Assembly: GCA_963736115.1 (NCBI GenBank) | Contig: CAVTNR010000030.1 | Location: 42,347-106,346, forward strand | Reading direction: 5' to 3' | From: an uncultured bacterium | GTDB taxonomy: Bacteria; Zhuqueibacterota; QNDG01; DTFT01 | Length of the DNA stretch: 64,000 nt | Shown: piece by piece, positions 30,711 through 39,359 of the stretch | Layout of the letters: each line of letters begins with the position of its first letter | Position numbering within the stretch: position 1 is the stretch's first letter | Notes under the pieces: model-generated | Database searches by the model: none | Told to the model about the DNA's origin: nothing | Seen by the model: only the letters and a program-made list of their open reading frames with translations | Made by a program: the position numbers and the translations under genes

Positions 30711-32234
30711 ACCCTATTCAAGAATGCCAACATTACCGCCGCCCCCACGACCGAGCAGGCGAAATTCACGACATCATTGTTGATCCACTCCCTGCCGGAA
30801 GAAAGGCGGGTGGGCTTGCCGCAATGGTTCCGTCTTTCCGTGGTTTTTCCGCATCCTGAGCAGACGTACTGCGCCTGAACCGTGGCGCCGAAAACACTGT
30901 CCGCGACGGACGCCAGAAATCCGGCGGCCGTGATTGCGGCCAGGGCCGGCGCCATGCCCAATGCATGAAAGAAAGACGGAGCGGCAAGCCGGCCGGACAG
31001 ACCGATGAGCAACGCGCCGAGACCCGCGCCGAGAAATCCCAAAGGCGTCACTGCGCCGGATACGCCGTGACTGACGGTGCGGAGCCGGGTGATCAGAACC
31101 GGCTTGGAGGGCGAAAACACGCCCAGTTCCGTGGCCCAGGTGTCCGCATTTACCGCTGCCACGGCCCCGAGGTAAAGTCCGTACCAAATGGGATCCGGCC
31201 GTAGTCCGTTCGCGATCACCAGGAGCCCGGCGACTCCGCCGTTGGCGAACACCTGGCCCGCGTCCCGGGTGGATGATTTCTCGTACAGGCTCTCGACTGT
31301 TTTCTTGCGCACGCGCCCGGTTTTGGAGAGCAGGCTGGAAGACAGGAAAAAGACCAGTATGGGAACCGCCCAGGCCCATCCGCCCGCGCCGAACAGAAAG
31401 GACGCGAGAATAAAAGTCCCGACGCTTCCGGAGGCATTGAGAAAGCGGAGCCTTACTGAGAGCAGGGCGACAACGGCCGCGAGTCCCATTCCGATCGTGA
31501 AGCGCAGGGATGCGTCCGTGCCTCCGGTCATCATGAAAAACAGGACAAAGGCGGCGCCGAGCGGAGCAGTGAGATTGTCCGAACCCCCGGACGAAACGGC
31601 CTCGAGGCCGGTGGCGAGCACCGCGGCCACGGCCGCGATCCAGAGGGCCGTTCCCGCGGAAACGACCAGGCCGTCCCGGGCCGCCAGCGGCGGAAGGAAC
31701 AGGGCGATGAGCAGAAAACTCGACGCGAACATGGCCGCGGATCCTTCCAAAGATTTCTTATCCGCTCCGAGCCTGTATTCATGGGCCTTCCGGGACAGTT
31801 CACCGACCACGGCCGCGGCCGCGTCCGAGAATGCGAGCACCATCATGGAAACGATCAGGACCGAGCGGTATCCGTTCCAGCAGAGCGCCGTGAGAATGAG
31901 AAAAGTGAGGGGATAGTAAACGGTTCCGTAGCTCCGCCGGGTGGTGTCGTGCATGCCCTTGAGTTTTCCGCTCCGGCACGCCCGCGAAATTCACGGCAAT
32001 GAACAGCACGGCCATCCAGAGCAGGGGCTTGACGGATGTGAAGAACAGGGGGCTGAACACGATGAGCACGCCCGTGCCGACATGCACGAGCTTGCGCGTC
32101 ACTTCGGGGCTCCAGCCGAGCGCGGACCGGGCTTTTTCGGATATGCCGATGAAGGCCGTGATTCCGGCGGTGAAGAGAAAAAACCGGATCCAGTCCAAGG
32201 CCGGGGCGTCGAACAGGATTTTCAGGAGGGTCAT
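30707..32234 (-). CDS. Phytol-kinase-like plus DUF92 (TMEM19) fusion membrane protein, one frameshift near 31975
   Basis: TRKLVH, SDAAAAVVG, KSLEGS, DNL; then RDAGQVFANGG, ADTWATELG, SGAVT, DSVFGATVQ, NNDVVN; split into ORFs 31800..32234 and 30707..31954. Confidence 0.85.
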
Positions 32235-32283
32235 GCAGGTCCTTTTTATAAGCTATGTCAATCGTGGGGAATGTAGTATCTCA

Positions 32284-32350
32284 AGTTCCGGGTTCCGCGT
32301 TCCGAGTTCCGGGAATAAAAAGCAGTTCCGGGTTCCGCGTTCCGGGTTCA
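32284..32350. repeat. NGTTCCG heptamer arrays
   Basis: AGTTCCG GGTTCCG CGTTCCG AGTTCCG, block repeated twice. Confidence 0.85.
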
Positions 32351-32365
32351 ATCGGAAACAGGGTT

Positions 32366-33598
32366 TCATCCGATCTTCTGGAATATCTCGCCCGTGGAAG
32401 GGTTGCGGAGGATGCGCTTGACCGTCCCGTCCGGCATGCGTTCGGCCTTGAGGAGCACGCATCCGTCTTCCTGAGGGGCCGCGGTCGGTTCCTTCGCATC
32501 GGTTTCGGATTTCGGTCCGGATCCGGGACCGGCCTGCTCGCGCCACTCGAACAGGTCCACGGGCTCCCACCGCTTCGAAGCCGCGGATCGGTAACAGGCG
32601 TCCATCACCGCGTTCACCACGTATCCGTCGAAGAATGTTTCCAGGGGCGGGCGGCCTTTTTCCATGGCATCGAGCATGTCTGCGAACATGTCCACGTACC
32701 CGAGTTCCGTCAATTCGTCGCCGGACGGGAAAATCCAGCCCTTCTCGGCGTCCGCTTTTTCCGCGACGTAGCCGCCGAGTCCGGCCGCCGTGAACATCTC
32801 GAATCCCGTGCGCAGAAAGTGGTTCAGCCAGATCGTGCCCCCGGTGCCGGCGACTTCGTCCCGGATATCCAGACCGCCGCGGAACGTCCAGGCCACCTCG
32901 AACTGGCCGATGGCCCGGTTCTCGAAACGAATGAGGCCGATGCCCGAATCCTCGGCTTCGATGGGGTGCACCAGAGTGTCGGATACGGCCATGACTTCGA
33001 TGGGGCGGACGTCCTTGCCGATGAAGGACCGGATCACCTCGATGCAGTGGCAGCCGAGATCCACGATGGCGCCGCCCCCGGCACGCTTCACGTCCCAGAA
33101 CCAGGCGCTGTGCGGACCGCCGTGCGTTTCCCGTGACCTGGCCCAGAGCACCCGGCCTACGGCTCCGGCCCGGATGGAGGCCGCGGCCTTGAGTGTTTTC
33201 GGGGTGTAGCACAGGTCCTCCAGGTACCCGGCAAACACGCCGGCCTTTTCGACCGCTTCGAGCATGGACCGGGCCTCCGTGGCGCTGCGGCCCAGGGGTT
33301 TGGTGCAGAGCACGGCCTTTCCCGCATCCGCGGCCAGCCGGACCGCTTTTTCGTGAAGGTCGTTGGGCAGACCCACGATCACCGTGTCCGTTTCCGGGTC
33401 CAGAACCGCCTCGGCCATGTCCGTCGTCCACTTCGGTATCCCGAAGGCGCGGCTGAAATCGGCCGCGGATTCAGCCGGAACCCCGCAGACCACGTGCACG
33501 CGGTCCCGGCTGCGGCGGCTGTGCAGGGCCTGGCAGTAGAACCGGCCGATGAGGCCGGTTCCCAGCAATGTGATGCGATGGCTTTTCGGAGAGTTCAT
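32366..33598 (-). CDS. Gfo/Idh/MocA family oxidoreductase
   Basis: [33 protein letters not shown]. Confidence 0.92.
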   Translation of the reverse strand: MNSPKSHRITLLGTGLIGRFYCQALHSRRSRDRVHVVCGVPAESAADFSRAFGIPKWTTDMAEAVLDPETDTVIVGLPNDLHEKAVRLAADAGKAVLCTKPLGRSATEARSMLEAVEKAGVFAGYLEDLCYTPKTLKAAASIRAGAVGRVLWARSRETHGGPHSAWFWDVKRAGGGAIVDLGCHCIEVIRSFIGKDVRPIEVMAVSDTLVHPIEAEDSGIGLIRFENRAIGQFEVAWTFRGGLDIRDEVAGTGGTIWLNHFLRTGFEMFTAAGLGGYVAEKADAEKGWIFPSGDELTELGYVDMFADMLDAMEKGRPPLETFFDGYVVNAVMDACYRSAASKRWEPVDLFEWREQAGPGSGPKSETDAKEPTAAPQEDGCVLLKAERMPDGTVKRILRNPSTGEIFQKIG

Positions 33599-33653
33599 GG
33601 CTGAAGGTTCCGGGTTGAAAAGGCACAGCGCATAGCGCACAGCGTGTTTCAGT

Positions 33654-33918
33654 AGCCCACGACTTCAGTCGTGGGTGAGGGTTCCGAGTTCCGCGTTCCG
33701 CATTGGGATAATTTATCCAAATTTAAGAAAATAAAAAGGAAATTTTTATTCGGTTTAATATCAGAGAATTATGTGGATATAAAAATGTCCGAAAGGTCCC
33801 GCAAAGCGGGACCATTTCGGACCTACAACCTGAATGGGTTATGCGGCTGTCCCGGATCCCCGACAGAAAAATTCGGGGATGACACCCCGCCCGGAACGCG
33901 GAACGCGGAACTCGGAAC
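33654..33918. repeat. Composite intergenic repeat cluster
   Basis: IS605-like palindrome CCCACGACTTCAGTCGTGGG at ~33656; heptamers GTTCCG at 33679-33701 and CGGAAC at 33891-33918 in inverted orientation; half REP (copy C) at 33785-33826. Confidence 0.75.
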
Positions 33919-33923
33919 AGTTT

Positions 33924-34589
33924 TTACGCCGCCTTGGTCTCCAGCAGTTTCACCGCACTCTGGGGGTCTGAGGAGTATCCGTCCGCGCCGATCTGATCCG
34001 CGAACGCCTGGGTGACCGGAGCGCCGCCCACCAGCACGGTCGTTGCCGGATGACCGGCCTTGATCAATTGCACGGTCTTTTCCATGTTCACCATGGTCGT
34101 GGTGAGCAGGGCCGACAGCCCCACGACGCATCCGGGATTGTCCTTGACCGCGTCGACGAATTTCTCGGGCGGCACGTCCACGCCCAGGTCCATGACCTCC
34201 CATCCGCCGCCCTCGACGACCATGGCCACGAGATTCTTGCCGATATCGTGCAGATCGCCGGCCACGGTGCCGATGACGAAACGGCCCTTGTGCTTGACCG
34301 CGCCGCTCTTGAAATACGGCTTCAGGTGGGCCATGGCCGCGTTCATGGCCTTGGCGGCCATGAGCAGGTCCGGCACGAACACCTTGTTCTGCCCGAATTT
34401 CTCACCGATGCGCGACATGCCGGTCATGCAGCCTTCGAGTATGGCGTCCGCGGTCTCGCCAGCGGCCAGGGCGTTCCGCGCGATCTCGTCCGCGCCTTCC
34501 TTGCCGCGGAGATCCGGGGGATAGGAGGCCGCCTGATTGATTTTGCCGCGCTCGATGCACACGGCGAGATTTTCGGTCAATTCGTTCAT
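33924..34589 (-). CDS. Corrinoid (B12-binding) methyltransferase-system protein
   Basis: GDLHDIGKNLV, DLGVDVP, GLSALLTTT, VGGAP; GGGAG RBS before 34589. Confidence 0.93.
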   Translation of the reverse strand: MNELTENLAVCIERGKINQAASYPPDLRGKEGADEIARNALAAGETADAILEGCMTGMSRIGEKFGQNKVFVPDLLMAAKAMNAAMAHLKPYFKSGAVKHKGRFVIGTVAGDLHDIGKNLVAMVVEGGGWEVMDLGVDVPPEKFVDAVKDNPGCVVGLSALLTTTMVNMEKTVQLIKAGHPATTVLVGGAPVTQAFADQIGADGYSSDPQSAVKLLETKAA

Positions 34590-34645
34590 GTCAGCTCCCG
34601 TGATGGTTTTTTTATTGTGCAATTTGAAAAAATTCCAAGGTATCT

Positions 34646-34756
34646 CCCCCGGACTGAAGTCCGGGGCTACCGAGAACAGTCCGGGGCCACAGGAAACAGT
34701 CCGGGCCCACCGAGAACAGTCCGGGGCTACCGGAAACAGTCCGAACCACAGAAAAC
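34646..34756. repeat. Palindrome followed by ~20-bp tandem repeat, five units
   Basis: CCCCGGACTGAAGTCCGGGG then AGTCCGGGGCYACMGRRAAC-like units at 34658, 34678, 34698, 34718 and 34738. Confidence 0.85.
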
Positions 34757-34769
34757 AGCCCGGTCCCGG

Positions 34770-35831
34770 TCAGGTCTCCCGGACGACGAGCTCCGGCTGA
34801 ATAACGTACTGGCCGAAGCGGGTGCTCCGGCCTTCGCCGTGATCGCGTATCAGGCCTGCGATCCGCTTCGCCATTTCCCCGGCGTGCGGATCGATGGAAG
34901 TGATTTTGGGCGTGAAAAACTGCGCGAGGTCGGTGTTGCCGTAGCTGATCACGGACACGTCGCCCGGTATGGACAGGCCCCATTCCTTCATCCGGCCGAT
35001 CACCCGCACCGCGTCCGTGTCGTCACAGCAGAAGACGCCGCCGATCGATTCGTTTCGGATCAGGTCCAAATCGAAACGCGACAGCCGGTCGAGCATTACG
35101 GCTTTCTGTTCGCCCGGGTCTTCCTGCACGAAAGTGATGAAGGTCTGCTCCATGACCTCCTGAATCATGTTCCGGCCCTGCCAGAGGCTGTTCTTGACGA
35201 AAGCCAGGTTCCGGCCCGTCCTGGACTGCAGGTACCGCACCGCGCGTTTGACGCCGAGGTCATAGCTCTGTATGGCATAGGTAAAGTAGGAGCCGGCCAT
35301 GGTGTGATCGACGAGCGCGACCAGAGTGCCGCCGGATTTCAGGTGGCGGTAGAACTCGGCCGTTTTGCTCTCATCCAGAGTCGGCGCCACGATCACGGCC
35401 TCATACTGTTCGCGTATCATGCGGCCCACCAGCCGTATTTCCTCTTCCCACTGGTTGTGATCGATGTAGTATTCGGTTGTGCGGCCGGCCGCCTCAGCCT
35501 CCATACCGAAGTGCTGAATGAGTTTCTCGTGGTGGTCTGAAAAGAACGGAATGACAATGCCCCAGACCGGGCGTTTGGGACCGAGTGGCGCGACAAAGGA
35601 GCCTTTGCCGGCCTTTTGTATGATCATGCCTTCTTCGGAAAGCTTCTTTAAAACCAGCTTGGCGGTTTCGCGTGAAACCCCATGTTTTTTCATGATTTCC
35701 GTGATGGAGTCAATGCGGGTCCCGGGCGGGAATTCCTGGGTGAGAATGGCCTCGCAATAGAAATTGAAGAGTTTCTGATAGAGAGGCTGTATGTCTTCAG
35801 ATGGGATGTCGGTGGTTTCTTTCATCGGCAT
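34770..35831 (-). CDS. GntR-HTH plus LacI-type ligand-binding regulator (AraR-like)
   Basis: HGVSRETAK...AGKGSFV HTH; C-terminal DTDA, IPGDVSVISYGN, ITSID. Confidence 0.9.
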   Translation of the reverse strand: MPMKETTDIPSEDIQPLYQKLFNFYCEAILTQEFPPGTRIDSITEIMKKHGVSRETAKLVLKKLSEEGMIIQKAGKGSFVAPLGPKRPVWGIVIPFFSDHHEKLIQHFGMEAEAAGRTTEYYIDHNQWEEEIRLVGRMIREQYEAVIVAPTLDESKTAEFYRHLKSGGTLVALVDHTMAGSYFTYAIQSYDLGVKRAVRYLQSRTGRNLAFVKNSLWQGRNMIQEVMEQTFITFVQEDPGEQKAVMLDRLSRFDLDLIRNESIGGVFCCDDTDAVRVIGRMKEWGLSIPGDVSVISYGNTDLAQFFTPKITSIDPHAGEMAKRIAGLIRDHGEGRSTRFGQYVIQPELVVRET

Positions 35832-35991
35832 TTCTTAAATTAAACCCGAACAAGGTAGAAATAAAAACAAGAAAAAGCAAGATAAAAATCACATTCCATC
35901 ACATCACATCATAGATCTGATTCCCGTCCATTTCCAGACCCCGGGGTCAACTCCGGGTAAACCCCGGGGCAAGCCCCGGGGTCGAACATTC

Positions 35992-36020
35992 TTGCATTGA
36001 CAAGTCTTATTCATTATATT
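35992..36020 (+). promoter_or_regulatory. Putative sigma70 promoter
   Basis: TTGCAT-N17-TATATT just upstream of ATG 36037. Confidence 0.5.
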
Positions 36021-36036
36021 CATTCAGAGCACTTAT

Positions 36037-36870
36037 ATGAGACTTTCCCCATCCAAAATTTTCTCCGCGTTTGTTCTTGCCGCGGGCCTGACGGCGGGAA
36101 TTGCGCATGGACAGATCACGGTCGCGGTCGGAGACTTCGAGAACCGGACCGACCGGATGTATCTGGATTCATGGGCACTCCTCATCCCCGAATACCTCTC
36201 GGGTGAATTGTCCCGGAGCAGGGACATCACGGTTGTGGACCGGGAGCGTCTCGACGCGGTGCTGGACGAACGCAAACTGCAGATGGCCGGCCTGACGGAT
36301 TCATCCGCCGCTTTGGAAGTCGGCCGCATGCTCAGCGCCCAGTACATTGTCACGGGCACGGTGAGCGAGATCGGGGGATGGATACGCATCGACAGCCGCA
36401 TCACCAGTGTGGCCACGGGCCGCATGGTCGCGGAGAACGTGTCCGCCCGTTCCGCGAAGCATCTTGAGAAGATGATCGGTCTGCTTGCGGGAAACCTCAA
36501 ACTCCAGATGACCGGACAGGGCGAATTCCGCGAAAGCCTCACACTCAGGCGCCAACCCACACGGCCTTTTCTGGCCGCGGCCCTGTTTTCGGGAGCGGCC
36601 GCTTCCTTTATTCACAGCCAGGCTGTGCGCAAACGCGACGAATACCGCGACGCACGCAGTCTCGCGTCCTTCAACCCGGCCTGGCGCTCGGCCAACCGTT
36701 GGAACAATGCCAGGACAGCGGCTCTGGCCGTGACCGGAGCAGCCGCGGCCGGCACCCTGACCTGCTGGATAAGGGACCTTTCGCCGGACCGCATTCTCGC
36801 CAATTCACAGCCCATACTGGGTTTTCAGACCGGAGGCGTCACTTTTGGACTGGCCTTCCATCTGCCGTAA
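36037..36870 (+). CDS. CsgG/HfaB/FlgO-like exported protein with C-terminal hydrophobic region
   Basis: VAVGDFEN, VVDRERLDAVLDE, VGRMLSAQYIVTG, RITSVATG. Confidence 0.8.
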   Translation: MRLSPSKIFSAFVLAAGLTAGIAHGQITVAVGDFENRTDRMYLDSWALLIPEYLSGELSRSRDITVVDRERLDAVLDERKLQMAGLTDSSAALEVGRMLSAQYIVTGTVSEIGGWIRIDSRITSVATGRMVAENVSARSAKHLEKMIGLLAGNLKLQMTGQGEFRESLTLRRQPTRPFLAAALFSGAAASFIHSQAVRKRDEYRDARSLASFNPAWRSANRWNNARTAALAVTGAAAAGTLTCWIRDLSPDRILANSQPILGFQTGGVTFGLAFHLP

Positions 36871-37645
36871 GCGGCTTCGGGCCGGGCGTGGGCTTGCGGC
36901 GCTTCTGCTCCTTTGCGCCTCCTGCGACCTCCCGAGGGACAATCCCCTGGATCCGCGGAACCCGGACAGCCGCAGGCCGAAGCGCATCCTGATCGAGGCA
37001 TTCGTCAATATGCGGACCGGCGAGCCTTTCGACCGGTACGCGATCGAGGCCCTGGATTCGCTCGAAACGGTTTACGGCGACCGCATTGCGGTCATCGAGT
37101 ATCACAGAAACGCGGGCGGATTCGTCACGCCCCTGCACCGATCCGAAAACGACATCCTGTACGGCCGGTATCTCGCGGCCGCGGGGGCGGACAATCGCGG
37201 CGTGCCGGATGTGTTTGTCGACGGGTCCGCGGGCCGCAGTCAGGGCGCCTCGAGCGCGGCTTCGGTTTTCATCCGCGTCCAGAGAATGCTCCTGCCGGAA
37301 CTGACCGAGCCCGGTTTGTTTTCCATCGAGGCCAGGCTCCGGCCGTCCGGAGGGGAGATACGGCCTTCCGTCACCATCGCGAGGCTCGGATCAACGGACA
37401 GCCACGGCATCCGGATACGCGCCGTGCTGTTGTCCGAGGCGGAAGCGGCCCCGGCTGGACGGGTCGCTTCCGGATTCTCGGAAAGCGCGGTGATCGGCAC
37501 GCTCGGCGCAGGCGAAACCCGCACGGTCGCTTTGCCCGCCATGGCCTATGCCCCGGCATCCGTCCATGCGTGCGTGATCCTTGTCTTCAACGACGCGGAC
37601 TGCAGGGTGATGCAGTGTGAAAAGTTTATAGTTCATGGTTCATAG
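36845..37645 (+). CDS. Lipoprotein with Omp28/thioredoxin-like fold (no CxxC)
   Basis: Lipobox CASC, RDNPLDP, ILIEAF...VIEYH...GVPDVFVDG; start uncertain. Confidence 0.62.
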   Translation: MDWPSICRKRLRAGRGLAALLLLCASCDLPRDNPLDPRNPDSRRPKRILIEAFVNMRTGEPFDRYAIEALDSLETVYGDRIAVIEYHRNAGGFVTPLHRSENDILYGRYLAAAGADNRGVPDVFVDGSAGRSQGASSAASVFIRVQRMLLPELTEPGLFSIEARLRPSGGEIRPSVTIARLGSTDSHGIRIRAVLLSEAEAAPAGRVASGFSESAVIGTLGAGETRTVALPAMAYAPASVHACVILVFNDADCRVMQCEKFIVHGS

Positions 37646-37743
37646 TTCATTGTTAAGAGAAAAGAAAAAAGGCAAAAATAAAAAACATGATAATATAATA
37701 ATGCCTTTTTTAACTATGAACCATGAACTATGAATTATGAACT
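37623..37743. repeat. Inverted heptamer arrays around an inner AAAAAAGGCA/TGCCTTTTTT stem
   Basis: AGTTCAT GGTTCAT AGTTCAT ... ATGAACC ATGAACT ATGAATT ATGAACT. Confidence 0.85.
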
Positions 37744-37758
37744 GAAAGAACAAAATCA

Positions 37759-38436
37759 ATGACTATCCACAAAACTCATATTTGGATCCCGACGGTAACG
37801 CTGTTTGTGGCGGCAGTCCTCTCCTGCTCCACCGACCTCTTCAACCCGGAGAAGCCGCCGCAGATCACCGGGCTCACGCTCGATCGGTACGAGGTGGATC
37901 CGGGCGACACGGTCACGGCCGCGGTCACGGTGCGGGACGCGAAGGACAAGGCCCTGGCATACGGGTGGACTGCCACGGCCGGCCTCTTCCTTCTGCCTTC
38001 GGATCAGTCGACCGTGCGGTGGAAGGCCCCGTCCACGGGCGGGCCGCACCGCATCACGGTCACGGTCACCGGCGAGGAGAAGTCCGCGTCGCGCTCCACG
38101 GATGTCACGGTCCGGTCCCTGGTTCTGCCGGACGTCCTCATTCTCTCCCCGCAAGCCGGATCGTACGCGGTCCAGCATGATTCCATGGAAGTCCGTGTCC
38201 GGGCGCGTCATGACAACGGCATTGACCGGGTGAGGCTTTTCGTCAACAGCAGTCTCAAGAAAACCGCGGACGGCGGAGCCGGAGAGGTTTACACATTCGT
38301 CTGCCCGGTGGATGAACCCGCGGGCGAAGCATCCGTCCGGGTCGAGGCCGTGGCCCGGGTCAGCTTGCTGACCAAAAGCGATTCTGTGAGCATCTATATA
38401 GAAGGCGTGGTCCCGGGAAAAGCCGGCCGGAACTGA
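37759..38436 (+). CDS. Lipoprotein with Ig/PKD-like domains
   Basis: Lipobox VLSC, YGWTATAG, VRWKAP, second Big-like domain. Confidence 0.72.
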   Translation: MTIHKTHIWIPTVTLFVAAVLSCSTDLFNPEKPPQITGLTLDRYEVDPGDTVTAAVTVRDAKDKALAYGWTATAGLFLLPSDQSTVRWKAPSTGGPHRITVTVTGEEKSASRSTDVTVRSLVLPDVLILSPQAGSYAVQHDSMEVRVRARHDNGIDRVRLFVNSSLKKTADGGAGEVYTFVCPVDEPAGEASVRVEAVARVSLLTKSDSVSIYIEGVVPGKAGRN

Positions 38437-38566
38437 ACCGGAATCCGGACCCGGATTCGACAGCAAGCATCCAGGAAAACCTATTTCCCTCCTCTCTGGC
38501 ACTTTGTTTGCTTTTTTTGAATAAGGCTCGTCATCACACATCCGAAAAGCGGTGAAACAGGACCGA

Positions 38567-39124
38567 ATGCGTCTACATTCGAGCGGAAAAATTATTGTTT
38601 TTACTGTGCTTGCGTTTTGCCTCGCGGCCGCGGCGCCACCTGTCCGGGCCCAGGAGACCTTTACATCCGAATATGAAATAAAAGCCGCCTTCCTTTTCAA
38701 TTTCGCCAAATTCATCGACTGGCCGGTCAAGCCCTATGTCGCAGCCGAAACCCATTTTGCCATAGGCGTCCTGGGACGCGACCCCTTCGGCGACGCGCTC
38801 GAACAGACCATCGGCGACAAGACCGTCAAGGGCCGGAACATCGTTATCAGGCGCTTCCGTCACATCTCCGAATACAAACCCTGCGACATTCTCTTTGTCT
38901 CCGAATCCGAAAGGCCCGGCCTTCCTGAAATCGTCCAGCGCTTGCGCAGAGAAAGCGTGCTGACGGTCAGCGACATGCCGGAGTTCGGAAGACGGGGCGG
39001 CATGATTTATCTGTTCACCGAGGACAACAAGGTCCGGTTTTCCATCCGCACGGACCTGACCGACAGGGCCGGCCTCAGGCTGGGTTCGCGGCTTCTGAAC
39101 CTGTCCAGGCCCCAGCCGGATTGA
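38567..39124 (+). CDS. YfiR family (DUF4154) periplasmic protein
   Basis: EYEIKAAFLFNFAKFIDWP, GRDPFG, CDILFVS, VLTVSD, GGMI, VRFSI, GLRLGSRLLNL. Confidence 0.93.
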   Translation: MRLHSSGKIIVFTVLAFCLAAAAPPVRAQETFTSEYEIKAAFLFNFAKFIDWPVKPYVAAETHFAIGVLGRDPFGDALEQTIGDKTVKGRNIVIRRFRHISEYKPCDILFVSESERPGLPEIVQRLRRESVLTVSDMPEFGRRGGMIYLFTEDNKVRFSIRTDLTDRAGLRLGSRLLNLSRPQPD

Positions 39125-39359
39125 AGAACCCCGTCGCAAGCAGCGGGGTATCGCAAGAAACTTGGATGATGGATGCCGAAATCGGCTGTCCTTCAATAAT
39201 GAACAAATCTCATTGCTTGGTCCGGCGAAGCCGGGGAATCAGACTTGTCGGAGCGGCCAGAAGCCCGATTGCCGATCATCCAGAAAAACTGAAACCAAAA
39301 GGACCAGGCATCTGGCCGCCCGATTGAACCGAAACGCCATGCGACACACGCGAATTAAA

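Noticed and set aside
34658-34756. Possible CRISPR array
   Set aside because: Units are contiguous 20-mers with no unique spacers, and no cas genes are present
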